Virus record (IMG/VR): IMGVR_UViG_3300044676_000154
Location: 1-32,427 of that record
Strand: one strand, 5' to 3'
Length of the DNA stretch: 32,427 nt
Origin: a virus
Lineage: Duplodnaviria > Caudoviricetes
Shown: positions 9,435 through 17,532 of the stretch, piece by piece
Position numbering within the stretch: the stretch's first letter is position 1
How the letters are laid out: each line of letters begins with the position of its first letter
Program-made: the position numbers and the translations under genes
Notes under the pieces: generated by a model
Database searches by the model: none
Told to the model about the DNA's origin: nothing
Seen by the model: the letters and a program-made list of their open reading frames with translations, nothing else

Positions 9435-11773
9435 TACATTCTCCTTGAACGCAGATTGAAGAAACCTTCCCATTCTGCTGATTGGAATATACAGGGTAAG
9501 TGACTATCACTTTCAATAGTTACTGATGTTTCACTAGCATGACCCATTACACCAAAACGATATGTTCCAGATTCAATAGCTGCCACATTCAAGATGTTAG
9601 CACCACTACCAACCACACGTCCTGTAAATGTACGAGTGTACACCTGACGCTTTAGTGGCCTTAGGACGACCTTAAAGAACCCTGTCTTGTTATATACAAC
9701 CGCATAGTTTCTTAAGTGTAATTGTCCTGTGGTAATTGCTTTGTTCTCTTGTTTTAGAACTGGCTCAGAGAATTGGTATTTAAATGTAAATGGTACACCT
9801 GCAAATACTTTCTCAGAATTAGCTAACTTAGCTGCCACTTCTCCAAGAGTAATAACTTTACCTGTCTGGTCAATATAAATAACTGCTGCATCTGTATAAG
9901 GAATAGACGTTAAACCAGCAGTCTCTAGCATCACTCGCCTATCTAGGTGAATAGAAAAACTACCACTTGTATAATTAGTAGCTTCATCAACAGACAGGTT
10001 AATACGTTCTAGGAATAGATTTGTACCACGTTTGATTAGGATATAGATGTCTGCACGATTAAATGACATACTAATTACATCACCATCAAATACCCAACGT
10101 GACCATGAAGCCTGTAGTTTTTCCCTACCAGACCAGTAATACCTGTAGAGGTATAAAGCAGTGGGGTCATTTGAACACTGCACCAGCAGCATATCTTCAT
10201 TAGATGATGCTTCAATCTTAGTTATTTCACCACTGAGATATTCAGGTACATGAGAAGTAATCTCATTAGCATCGTTTACATCAGTGTCAGTATCAACAAA
10301 GTATTCCCACATACTAGACCAAGCACCACGCTTAGAGGAAAAGTATACATACTTACCTGCTGCTGCTGGCTTTGCCAATAGGCTAGTCTCAAACTCTGTA
10401 GTGTTAGCTACGTTGACAGTCTCAGGGGTAAGTACAGGGTCTCCTGTTACTTTAAACTGAGTAAGGTCTGAGAAGAGAAGCAATGCCTCGTTAAAAGGTA
10501 CAGCGTGTTTAAGAATACTAACTTTGTTTGAGGATACTGCTACATCAATAGGGTCACTATCAATGATGGTTAGTGTAGACTTACGAAAGAAATCAAAGTT
10601 TACAAACTCACCAGCAGTAGAGAAAATAACATTCTCATCTGCTAATACTCCTAGCCTGTTCTTATGAAAGAAAATATCAGCTAGTGTAAATCCTACAAAG
10701 GAAGGAAATGGGTTTGTATCATCATCACCAACAAGCCTGTTAGCATAACTAGCAGTGTCAAATGTAAAGTTTCCACTAGGTAATTTAGATAACTTATGTG
10801 GTAGTGTTGAAGCATCTAGAGAAATTTCTACATTAGAAGCTACAGTTTCTTTCCACACTCCATCAATAAACTTAACATAATAATCATCCTGCGCTTTTTG
10901 ATTATCGCCTGATATTTTAATTAGAAAGTTATTTGGACCTTCTGTTGGTAGTTGTTTAAAGTCAGCGGTCTCACCCTTGAATACTTTGAGATGGTCATTA
11001 CCATGTGAGTCACCAACCTCTACCTGAAAGTCTGTACTATCTGTAGATTGGATGTGGATGACTGAGCCATAACGAGTAAAGGTAACACCTGAAATAGCAC
11101 TAGCATCACTAACTACTGTATAGTATGTTCCATTAACTGTGCTTGCAGAAAACGTATTTAAGTTCTCAGCAATCAAATCAGTAGATGCACCACGTTCAGC
11201 GTTCTGTGTATCTGTTGTATTAGCTTGTGTAGAGGACTTAGTAGAAAACTCTACTGTGCCAGTGCTTGCTCCTTTTGTAACCTTCAAACGATAGGTAGAA
11301 GCATAGTCAGCTTGTTTGACATAGACTAGTGCTTCTGGATTACTTGTGGGAGATACTGTAGCTGCTTTGGCTACTACTTTATTCTTATTAATAATGAAGG
11401 TTGCGTCAGCAATAGAGACAGCAGATAACTCTTCATTAGGATTTGTTAGTCCTGATAAGTAGGCAGCAGCATTATTAGTAACAGTTTTAGCTACACCATC
11501 TTTATCAAATACCCTGATAGTACCAGCAGTATCAATCACCATAGAGTAGAACTCATTCTCATCTCTACGAATAGTGTGAATAAAAGCTTTATCTAGGTTT
11601 GAGATAACTCCAAGGTCAGCTACGTGCTGTGAACTAGGACGCTTAGACAAACCTGATACAACGCTTGACAGTCCATTCTCCTGCAACTCAGCCTGAGTAT
11701 TCAAGCGTAGTGAGGGTGGCTGCTGTGACACACCGTTAATTAGGTTTGGGATTGATTGACTGATGAGTGCCAT
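9434..11773 (-). CDS. gp12: Tail tubular protein B (nozzle, gp12)
   Basis: MALISQSIPNLINGVSQQP start; RLVGDDDTNPFPSFVG, FFHKNRLG and QASWSRW motifs. Confidence 0.96.
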   Translation of the reverse strand: MALISQSIPNLINGVSQQPPSLRLNTQAELQENGLSSVVSGLSKRPSSQHVADLGVISNLDKAFIHTIRRDENEFYSMVIDTAGTIRVFDKDGVAKTVTNNAAAYLSGLTNPNEELSAVSIADATFIINKNKVVAKAATVSPTSNPEALVYVKQADYASTYRLKVTKGASTGTVEFSTKSSTQANTTDTQNAERGASTDLIAENLNTFSASTVNGTYYTVVSDASAISGVTFTRYGSVIHIQSTDSTDFQVEVGDSHGNDHLKVFKGETADFKQLPTEGPNNFLIKISGDNQKAQDDYYVKFIDGVWKETVASNVEISLDASTLPHKLSKLPSGNFTFDTASYANRLVGDDDTNPFPSFVGFTLADIFFHKNRLGVLADENVIFSTAGEFVNFDFFRKSTLTIIDSDPIDVAVSSNKVSILKHAVPFNEALLLFSDLTQFKVTGDPVLTPETVNVANTTEFETSLLAKPAAAGKYVYFSSKRGAWSSMWEYFVDTDTDVNDANEITSHVPEYLSGEITKIEASSNEDMLLVQCSNDPTALYLYRYYWSGREKLQASWSRWVFDGDVISMSFNRADIYILIKRGTNLFLERINLSVDEATNYTSGSFSIHLDRRVMLETAGLTSIPYTDAAVIYIDQTGKVITLGEVAAKLANSEKVFAGVPFTFKYQFSEPVLKQENKAITTGQLHLRNYAVVYNKTGFFKVVLRPLKRQVYTRTFTGRVVGSGANILNVAAIESGTYRFGVMGHASETSVTIESDSHLPCIFQSAEWEGFFNLRSRRM

Positions 11774-12357
11774 TAGATTGTTCTCCGTCCCTGCCTATCA
11801 ATAATACTAAAGGTGTCATAGTTGTCAAAGATGTTGTGGTCATCCGCTGCCTTGTCAAAGTCTCTTAGCTCTACAAAGGCACGGTTCTCATCCTGCTGTT
11901 GGAACTCATGTAGTGTTTGGGAACCTACTACACGGTCTTGGAAGATACGTGTAGCACGTAGGACAATATATCTTTTAGCTACCTCAGGTACATCATTAAA
12001 GGCTAACTGTACTACAACATCCAACGCAGCGTCTGTGCCTACATTAAATGTGTGGTTTGTCCTGTCATACATTTTTAATCCACGCTGTACTAGATTAGGC
12101 GAGTTAGCCTTAAGCGTGGCATCTGCTCTAAGAATATCAGCAGGTAGTAATATCTCACCTGCTAATGTCTGAGCGAAACTTTTATTTAATTCTGTGTTGA
12201 AGTGCCAGCCCATAGACTGTACTTCTCTGTCAACAGTATCTAAGATACTTTCTGCAATCTCAGCTTCAATAAGACCTGATGATAAGCTACTTACTGGTGC
12301 TTCACCAATAGAAGAAAGCATCGTATTGACTGCATCTAGTTTACTTGTTCCAGCCAT
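11773..12357 (-). CDS. gp11: Tail tubular protein A (adaptor, gp11)
   Basis: LDAVNTMLSSIGEAPV and EVQSMGWHFNTE motifs. Confidence 0.96.
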   Translation of the reverse strand: MAGTSKLDAVNTMLSSIGEAPVSSLSSGLIEAEIAESILDTVDREVQSMGWHFNTELNKSFAQTLAGEILLPADILRADATLKANSPNLVQRGLKMYDRTNHTFNVGTDAALDVVVQLAFNDVPEVAKRYIVLRATRIFQDRVVGSQTLHEFQQQDENRAFVELRDFDKAADDHNIFDNYDTFSIIDRQGRRTI

Positions 12358-12366
12358 GATAGCTCC

Positions 12367-12642
12367 TTACCATTTAACTTTATGTGACCAGTATTTTGCA
12401 CTTAGTTTTGATTTTGGTTTACCTTGAGCATTGTGCCTAGCATAGTAGCTACGCTTACGTGCTTTATCTTTAGCTGATGTAGGGTTTTTTCCTGCACCCT
12501 TAACACCCTGCTGCCCAAAACGTATAAGTTTAATTTTTAAACCTTCTTTGGCTAATACCGCATGGGATTTAGTTTTGTGTTTAGGGGTGCGTTTAGGCTT
12601 ATTATACCCTGCAAACTTTTCTCCACGGTACTCAATAGCCAT
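12367..12642 (-). CDS. Small basic hypothetical protein
   Basis: 91 aa, Lys-rich, with RFGQQG...RKRSYYARH...KYWSHKVKW. Start overlaps the upstream stop (TAATG). Confidence 0.8.
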   Translation of the reverse strand: MAIEYRGEKFAGYNKPKRTPKHKTKSHAVLAKEGLKIKLIRFGQQGVKGAGKNPTSAKDKARKRSYYARHNAQGKPKSKLSAKYWSHKVKW

Positions 12643-12797
12643 TACTTTTTCTTTCCATACTTAGCCATGATAGCAGCTACCTGCTTCTGTGGCTTACCAC
12701 CAAAGGACATCTTCTTGCCTGTCTTCTTAGCCGCAGCCTTGGCAGACGCAATACCTTCTTTGGTATATTTATATTTCTTTCCACCTACTTCTGGCAT
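12642..12797 (-). CDS. Small basic hypothetical protein (51 aa)
   Basis: Not in the track. MPEVGGKKYKYTKEGIASAKAAAKKTGKKMSFGGKPQKQVAAIMAKYGKKK, with GGAG SD; fills the gap exactly. Confidence 0.75.
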   Translation of the reverse strand: MPEVGGKKYKYTKEGIASAKAAAKKTGKKMSFGGKPQKQVAAIMAKYGKKK

Positions 12798-12810
12798 ATC
12801 AAACTCCAAT

Positions 12811-12840
12811 AAAAAAGGGAGTAGCCGTTAAGCTACCCCC
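12811..12840 (-). terminator. Intrinsic terminator after the major capsid gene (T-phi equivalent)
   Basis: GGGGGTAGC-TTAACG-GCTACTCCC followed by TTTTTT, a few nt after the capsid stop. Confidence 0.9.
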
Positions 12841-12847
12841 TAGTTAA

Positions 12848-13963
12848 TTATACCTCAGCCAGACCGATACAAGCAGCAGGACGCAGGACGTTATGCCCCA
12901 TTGCGTATTTTGCTACCATCAATGTGCCTTGACGGTTAATTTGATATTCTGATTCCATACCAAGGTCAAGAAGCTTGACAGTGGCAACGGCATCTGGTGT
13001 GAATACAAAGCCACGGAACTTAGAAGCAAGAGCCACCATGTCTGCGCCATCTACGTTAGCAGTAGGCAGGTCATAGTGAGTAGTGCGTCCTGAACCAGCA
13101 GTGTTAGCCAGAGGAGCGTTGTCTGAAGTCTTACCCTCATCAGGATCAGCAGTTGTGAAGTTCTGATAAAGGTTAGAGACATTGGCGTGGTTTGACATGA
13201 TGACAGGCATACCTGCAATCATTGGTACAGTTGCAGAAGCGATTGAACCTGCACCACCAAAGTCTTTGTTCATGTAGACAAGCTTGTTGCCATCAGTAAC
13301 ATCAAGCAATGCGTAGTACTGGTCAGGAGCCAGAGCTACAACTGCACCAGATGTATCTACGTTCTTGACATCAAACTCTTTCTTAGCGTCAAAGATAGCT
13401 TTAGCAATCTTAGCAGCGTCCAGAGAGTCAGCAGTAACTGTACCGATGTTGACGTTGTTTGTGAAGTCTTCTTCAGCAAACGCTTTGTAGTCTTGAACAA
13501 GACCAGCAGCACGTGTTGCGTTGGTTGACAGAGCAGCCTTAACAAGCATACGAGCTACGTTCCGATCAGCTTCGTTAGCTAGTGCGATACCAGCTTCCTT
13601 AGAGTAGATTGAACGTACATCGTAGTGGTTGATTGCTTCATCAATGTTAGCAATGAACTGGCTTGAGATAAGCAAGTCGTCAATTGTGACGATACGCTCA
13701 CCTGCACGAATTGAACCACCAGTGATTTCATTTCCTGGGGTCAGGTATTCAGCAGTTGCACGGCCTGTCATTGGGAATGAAGCAGACTTACCCTTTGAGA
13801 TTGTGCGAGTACGCACCTTATCCATAAGGACTTTCTTTTCTTCAAAAGCTGTTAGGACTTCGCCAGCATACAGCTTGAGAAACAGGTCACGTACGTCACC
13901 TGATAGGTTATTCTGGCCTTGAAAGCTTACGCTATAGGCCGGATTTGAAGCGGCTTGTGCCAT
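12848..13963 (-). CDS. gp10: Major capsid protein (gp10)
   Basis: LFLKLYAGEVLTAF, RTISKGKSASFP, ITIDDLL-like and AKYAMGHNVLRP motifs. Confidence 0.97.
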   Translation of the reverse strand: MAQAASNPAYSVSFQGQNNLSGDVRDLFLKLYAGEVLTAFEEKKVLMDKVRTRTISKGKSASFPMTGRATAEYLTPGNEITGGSIRAGERIVTIDDLLISSQFIANIDEAINHYDVRSIYSKEAGIALANEADRNVARMLVKAALSTNATRAAGLVQDYKAFAEEDFTNNVNIGTVTADSLDAAKIAKAIFDAKKEFDVKNVDTSGAVVALAPDQYYALLDVTDGNKLVYMNKDFGGAGSIASATVPMIAGMPVIMSNHANVSNLYQNFTTADPDEGKTSDNAPLANTAGSGRTTHYDLPTANVDGADMVALASKFRGFVFTPDAVATVKLLDLGMESEYQINRQGTLMVAKYAMGHNVLRPAACIGLAEV

Positions 13964-14176
13964 TTTTAATTACCTCTTAGTAATGTTAATGTGAGTTGAA
14001 GTACACTCTGCATTACACTACATCCTTTCTCCAAGATTGTCCCTCGCAAGGGGTCAGGGGTAATCGTTTGTTATGTTTAGCTTCGTGTTAGGGTTTCCCC
14101 TTTTAAATACACCAGCATTGATGTACTTAAAAGGAGAGGGGATTCTTATACAACCCCCTCGCCCCATGCAACAATG
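13964..14176 (-). promoter_or_regulatory. Structured non-coding leader of the capsid gene
   Basis: 213-nt intergenic region with at least four hairpins (see findings), then an AT-rich stretch and GAGG SD. Confidence 0.6.
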
Positions 14177-14944
14177 TTAGAACAGGCTAGACCGTGCCAA
14201 CTTATCAGCAACCTGCTGCCTGTAAGCGGGGTCTTTAGCGTATCTAGGGTCACTCATAGCCGCAGTTAATTCTGCATTGCTTTCAAACTTCCCGCCTGTG
14301 GATACTGCACTTGAATTACCTTGCATAAGGTTTGGTGCAGCCTCAGAACGATACCTAGCATTAAGACCTTGAATTGCAAGTCTAATCATATTAGGGTCTT
14401 GCGTTTCCATTACTGCATTAAAAGCATCAATCTCTGCTTCTGGTAGTGCATCTGCTGCCCAACCTACAAGCTCTTGATACTGTTCTGCTCCCCCTACTAG
14501 AGAGAACATTTCTGATTGGACTTGTTGTGACAGGGCATCCTGACCAGCAATCCATGCGTCAACTACTGACTCAGGGAAACCAGCTTCTTCCAAGGCTGCA
14601 TAAGCATCCTCAGATAGCCCACCAAGTTCCATGTATTCTTGTTGAAGAACATCAAAGTCAATACCATTAGCCCCAAGTACCTCAGAGATTTCTGAAGCAC
14701 TCTGGTTTACTAACTCTTCTGCATCAAGTTCTTCTTGTTCTTCTTGTTCTTCTTGAGGTTGGCCTAACTTACTCTCTAATGCAGAGTAAGCTTTAGCCAT
14801 ATCCTCAATTGATTTAAACTTTTCAGGTAGCCACTCAGGACGTTCAGCATCTTGTTGTGTGCCTTCTACCTTTTGTAGCATTTCATTAATATGCTCCTGA
14901 GATTCAGGGGCAGGTTCTTGATAAGTATTTACTGCATCAGCCAT
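14177..14944 (-). CDS. gp9: Capsid scaffolding protein (gp9)
   Basis: RPEWLPEKF...MAKAYSALESKLG, VGGAEQY..LVGWA and AMSDPRY..DPAYR motifs; acidic. Confidence 0.95.
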   Translation of the reverse strand: MADAVNTYQEPAPESQEHINEMLQKVEGTQQDAERPEWLPEKFKSIEDMAKAYSALESKLGQPQEEQEEQEELDAEELVNQSASEISEVLGANGIDFDVLQQEYMELGGLSEDAYAALEEAGFPESVVDAWIAGQDALSQQVQSEMFSLVGGAEQYQELVGWAADALPEAEIDAFNAVMETQDPNMIRLAIQGLNARYRSEAAPNLMQGNSSAVSTGGKFESNAELTAAMSDPRYAKDPAYRQQVADKLARSSLF

Positions 14945-14946
14945 TT

Positions 14947-16509
14947 TTAACTCATACGCTCCATAGATTGTCTAACTTGGTCTGGGTCCATCTTACCTGC
15001 GATAGCTGGTGCTGCCTTCTGCAACGCCCCCATTCCTGCTTGTTCTAACATTTGTTGTTGCATCATCTGTTGTTGCATAGCTTGTTCTTGTGCCTTCTGT
15101 TCATCTGATTTAATCAGGCCAGAGGTATCAATACCAAGTGATGCTGCTAGGCGGTCAATGTAATCGCCTAAGTTCATCTCGCTTTGAATAACTTCAGGAC
15201 CAAGAGGTTGAAGATACTGCAAGAATGCTGCAAGTTTATTCAAGTCTTGACCACGACCAAGAGCCTCAATACCAGTAACAACAGTAGGTTTAACACTGTC
15301 CTTTGGCATCTTAGGCATCTTGCCCTGCTTTGTTAGTGACTCCAATAGCAGGTTAATAAGTGGAAGCTGGAACTCTTGAGATAGGATGGAGTATACACCA
15401 CCAAGAGCAGTCTCAAGTTCCTGCGCCATGAAGCGAACTTCTTCAGCGGTGACTCGTTCTGCTGCTCGTTGTACACTACTATTCAATAGGAAAGCAGCAG
15501 CAAGACGGTCATTAATCATACGCATAGTTTCTAAAGACACGCGGAAATCAGCGGCTTTAGCTACTTGTAGTGTAGAGACATCGTTAGCATCACCCTGTAG
15601 GAAAGCTCCGTTAGGTGCAGCAGACAGGTCTTTAGTCTTTGTTGTCCCATTAGGACGTACAAGAAACAATACCTTTGCTGATGCTGCGCTACCCTGAACG
15701 ATAGCTTTAGTTAGAGCTTCTAGACTACGCAGGTCTCCAATGTATTCTTCAATGAAACCACGACCATAATCCTCACCATCAATACGTATAAAACGTAGAG
15801 GAATGAATGGGTTATTGTCAGCCTTAAACATACCACGTGAGGTCTCAACAATGATACCAGCTACCTCTTGGATAACTTCAAATCCTTTAGCAACTTTAGT
15901 CAGCCTTGTATAAAGGTCATAACTTTTGGCTGGTGTATCTGATGGCGGTATCTGTGCTTTGATTTCTTCAGGCAGTGTAACAGGAGCCATAGACTCCTTG
16001 GTAATAATCTCTAGTACATTGCCCATTGCATCACGCTTAACAACGTAGCGGTCTGGTCTGAATACTTTCATACCACCTTCTTTTGGCATATATACCAGCG
16101 CATTACCAGTGACGATAAGCAGCTTTAGTGCCTCAAAGGTTGGTACACGGATTGACTTACCCTCAATCTCTTGCATTGCAGCACGTTCAATACGTGCAAG
16201 TCCTTCTTCCACTTGACCACGATTATCACCTGCTAGTTGTTGCAAGTCAAAGTCATCAATAGTCAGGCGAAAGAAGGGGCTGTTAGGGGGCAAGAGAGCA
16301 AGCAATAGTTTAGATGCAAGGTTGTTTACACCTCTTGCTCCAATGCCTTGATATGGTGTAGCATAGATAGATGAACTACTATGTCCCTCGTCAGGCAAAA
16401 GAGTAGGAATAGTAAGCCTTGCTGCCTCACGGCCTCTCTCTAGGAAAGTGTCTCTCTCTCCTTCTAGTTGGCTGTAGCGTTTAGCTACTGTACCTACATC
16501 TTGTTCCAT
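14947..16509 (-). CDS. gp8: Portal (head-tail connector, gp8)
   Basis: YQGIGARGVNNLASKL, GEDYGRG and ERVTAEEVR..AQELE..LGGVYS motifs. Confidence 0.97.
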   Translation of the reverse strand: MEQDVGTVAKRYSQLEGERDTFLERGREAARLTIPTLLPDEGHSSSSIYATPYQGIGARGVNNLASKLLLALLPPNSPFFRLTIDDFDLQQLAGDNRGQVEEGLARIERAAMQEIEGKSIRVPTFEALKLLIVTGNALVYMPKEGGMKVFRPDRYVVKRDAMGNVLEIITKESMAPVTLPEEIKAQIPPSDTPAKSYDLYTRLTKVAKGFEVIQEVAGIIVETSRGMFKADNNPFIPLRFIRIDGEDYGRGFIEEYIGDLRSLEALTKAIVQGSAASAKVLFLVRPNGTTKTKDLSAAPNGAFLQGDANDVSTLQVAKAADFRVSLETMRMINDRLAAAFLLNSSVQRAAERVTAEEVRFMAQELETALGGVYSILSQEFQLPLINLLLESLTKQGKMPKMPKDSVKPTVVTGIEALGRGQDLNKLAAFLQYLQPLGPEVIQSEMNLGDYIDRLAASLGIDTSGLIKSDEQKAQEQAMQQQMMQQQMLEQAGMGALQKAAPAIAGKMDPDQVRQSMERMS

Positions 16510-16677
16510 TTAGTATACCTCTAGTTTCTTTTTCTTGTACTTACTCAGTACAATCTCTTCAGGAGACATCTCCTCACCATCCTCAACAAAAGGCATAGTG
16601 GCGTTCTGGTCTATTTGATACTTAGACTTGCCCATCACTTCTTCTTCATCGTGGGGTTTAAATGTAACCGCACCCAT
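16510..16677 (-). CDS. Small hypothetical protein (55 aa)
   Basis: Not in the track. MGAVTFKPHDEEEVMGKSKYQIDQNATMPFVEDGEEMSPEEIVLSKYKKKKLEVY; abuts the portal start and fills the gap. Confidence 0.7.
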   Translation of the reverse strand: MGAVTFKPHDEEEVMGKSKYQIDQNATMPFVEDGEEMSPEEIVLSKYKKKKLEVY

Positions 16678-16681
16678 GACA

Positions 16682-17089
16682 TTAGCCTTTCGGGATGTTC
16701 AAGCCTGAACCGCCTTCACCACCTACTTGGGCTGCTGCTTGCTTAAGAACCAGAGCTTTCTTACCCTTACGTCTGCGTTTCATCTGTGTACCAGATGTTT
16801 CAATACCAGTAGGAGCATCTTCAGTCTGTTCTTTAGGCGCACCTGTACGTGCTTGTGCTGTCTGTGATTGTGCTGGTGGTCTGCGGTCTGTCTTATCAGT
16901 ACCCGCCACAGTATCTTTAACTTCTTCAACAGTTTTCTTGTAAGCTTTTTCTACAGGTTCAACTACTGCCTTCTCAACCTTCTTGATAGTCTTCTTTACA
17001 GGACGCTCAAGAGGCTCAACAAGTTTCTTATCTACAAACTTGGTAGCTTTCTTAACAGCCTTCTTAACTTTTTTAGCTGGCGCACCCAT
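16682..17089 (-). CDS. gp7.3-like small virion protein
   Basis: MGAPAKKVKKAVKK start and RKGKKAL...GSGLNIP end resemble T7 gp7.3; lies before the portal. Confidence 0.75.
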   Translation of the reverse strand: MGAPAKKVKKAVKKATKFVDKKLVEPLERPVKKTIKKVEKAVVEPVEKAYKKTVEEVKDTVAGTDKTDRRPPAQSQTAQARTGAPKEQTEDAPTGIETSGTQMKRRRKGKKALVLKQAAAQVGGEGGSGLNIPKG

Positions 17090-17090
17090 A

Positions 17091-17315
17091 CTACTGCCCC
17101 TTTGTTATCTGTAGGCCAGCACCTTCGCTGCCTGTTTGAAGGGAAGTATCCATTGCTGTAATCAATTCCTTCTTACCCTTGCGTTTTTTCTTGATACCCA
17201 TCATAGGAGTTTCCTCCATGCCAACCTCTAAGTCGGGGGTCTTAGCCACCGCAGTCACTGGTCTAGCAGGAGCAGGTGGTGGGGTTGGCATCTTGGGTCT
17301 AAATAATCCACCCAT
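17091..17315 (-). CDS. gp6.7-like small virion protein
   Basis: Start moved to MGGLFRPKMPTP (GAGGA SD, just after the upstream stop); KRKGKKEL motif; synteny. Confidence 0.7.
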   Translation of the reverse strand: MGGLFRPKMPTPPPAPARPVTAVAKTPDLEVGMEETPMMGIKKKRKGKKELITAMDTSLQTGSEGAGLQITKGQ

Positions 17316-17316
17316 A

Positions 17317-17499
17317 TTAATCATCCTCAAAATCTTGGTCTTGTAATTCAACCAGTTTGTTTATCACAGATTGCTGACCCCTGAGGAAAGCTAACTCCTC
17401 AGAGGTTACTTGATTAAGCGGAAGTTTGTTAGGGTATAGTTCATATAACCTACGTAACAGTCCATCTGTGATATTAAAATCGTTACCTAATACTCTCAT
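17317..17499 (-). CDS. Conserved small protein in the gp6.5 position
   Basis: LYELYPNKLP...AFLRGQQSVINKL; first gene after a putative late promoter. Confidence 0.75.
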   Translation of the reverse strand: MRVLGNDFNITDGLLRRLYELYPNKLPLNQVTSEELAFLRGQQSVINKLVELQDQDFEDD

Positions 17500-17514
17500 T
17501 TTTACAAACTTTCG

Positions 17515-17532
17515 CTAATAGGGGTACTTTAG
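17515..17532 (-). promoter_or_regulatory. Putative phage RNAP promoter (late genes)
   Basis: CTAAAGTACCCCTATTAG; the 13-nt core is identical at three sites; lies at the replication/structural boundary and overlaps the nrdJ stop. Confidence 0.75.

Noticed and set aside
12798-12870. T7 10B-type capsid frameshift extension
   Set aside because: No obvious slippery site near the capsid end, and a terminator follows immediately.
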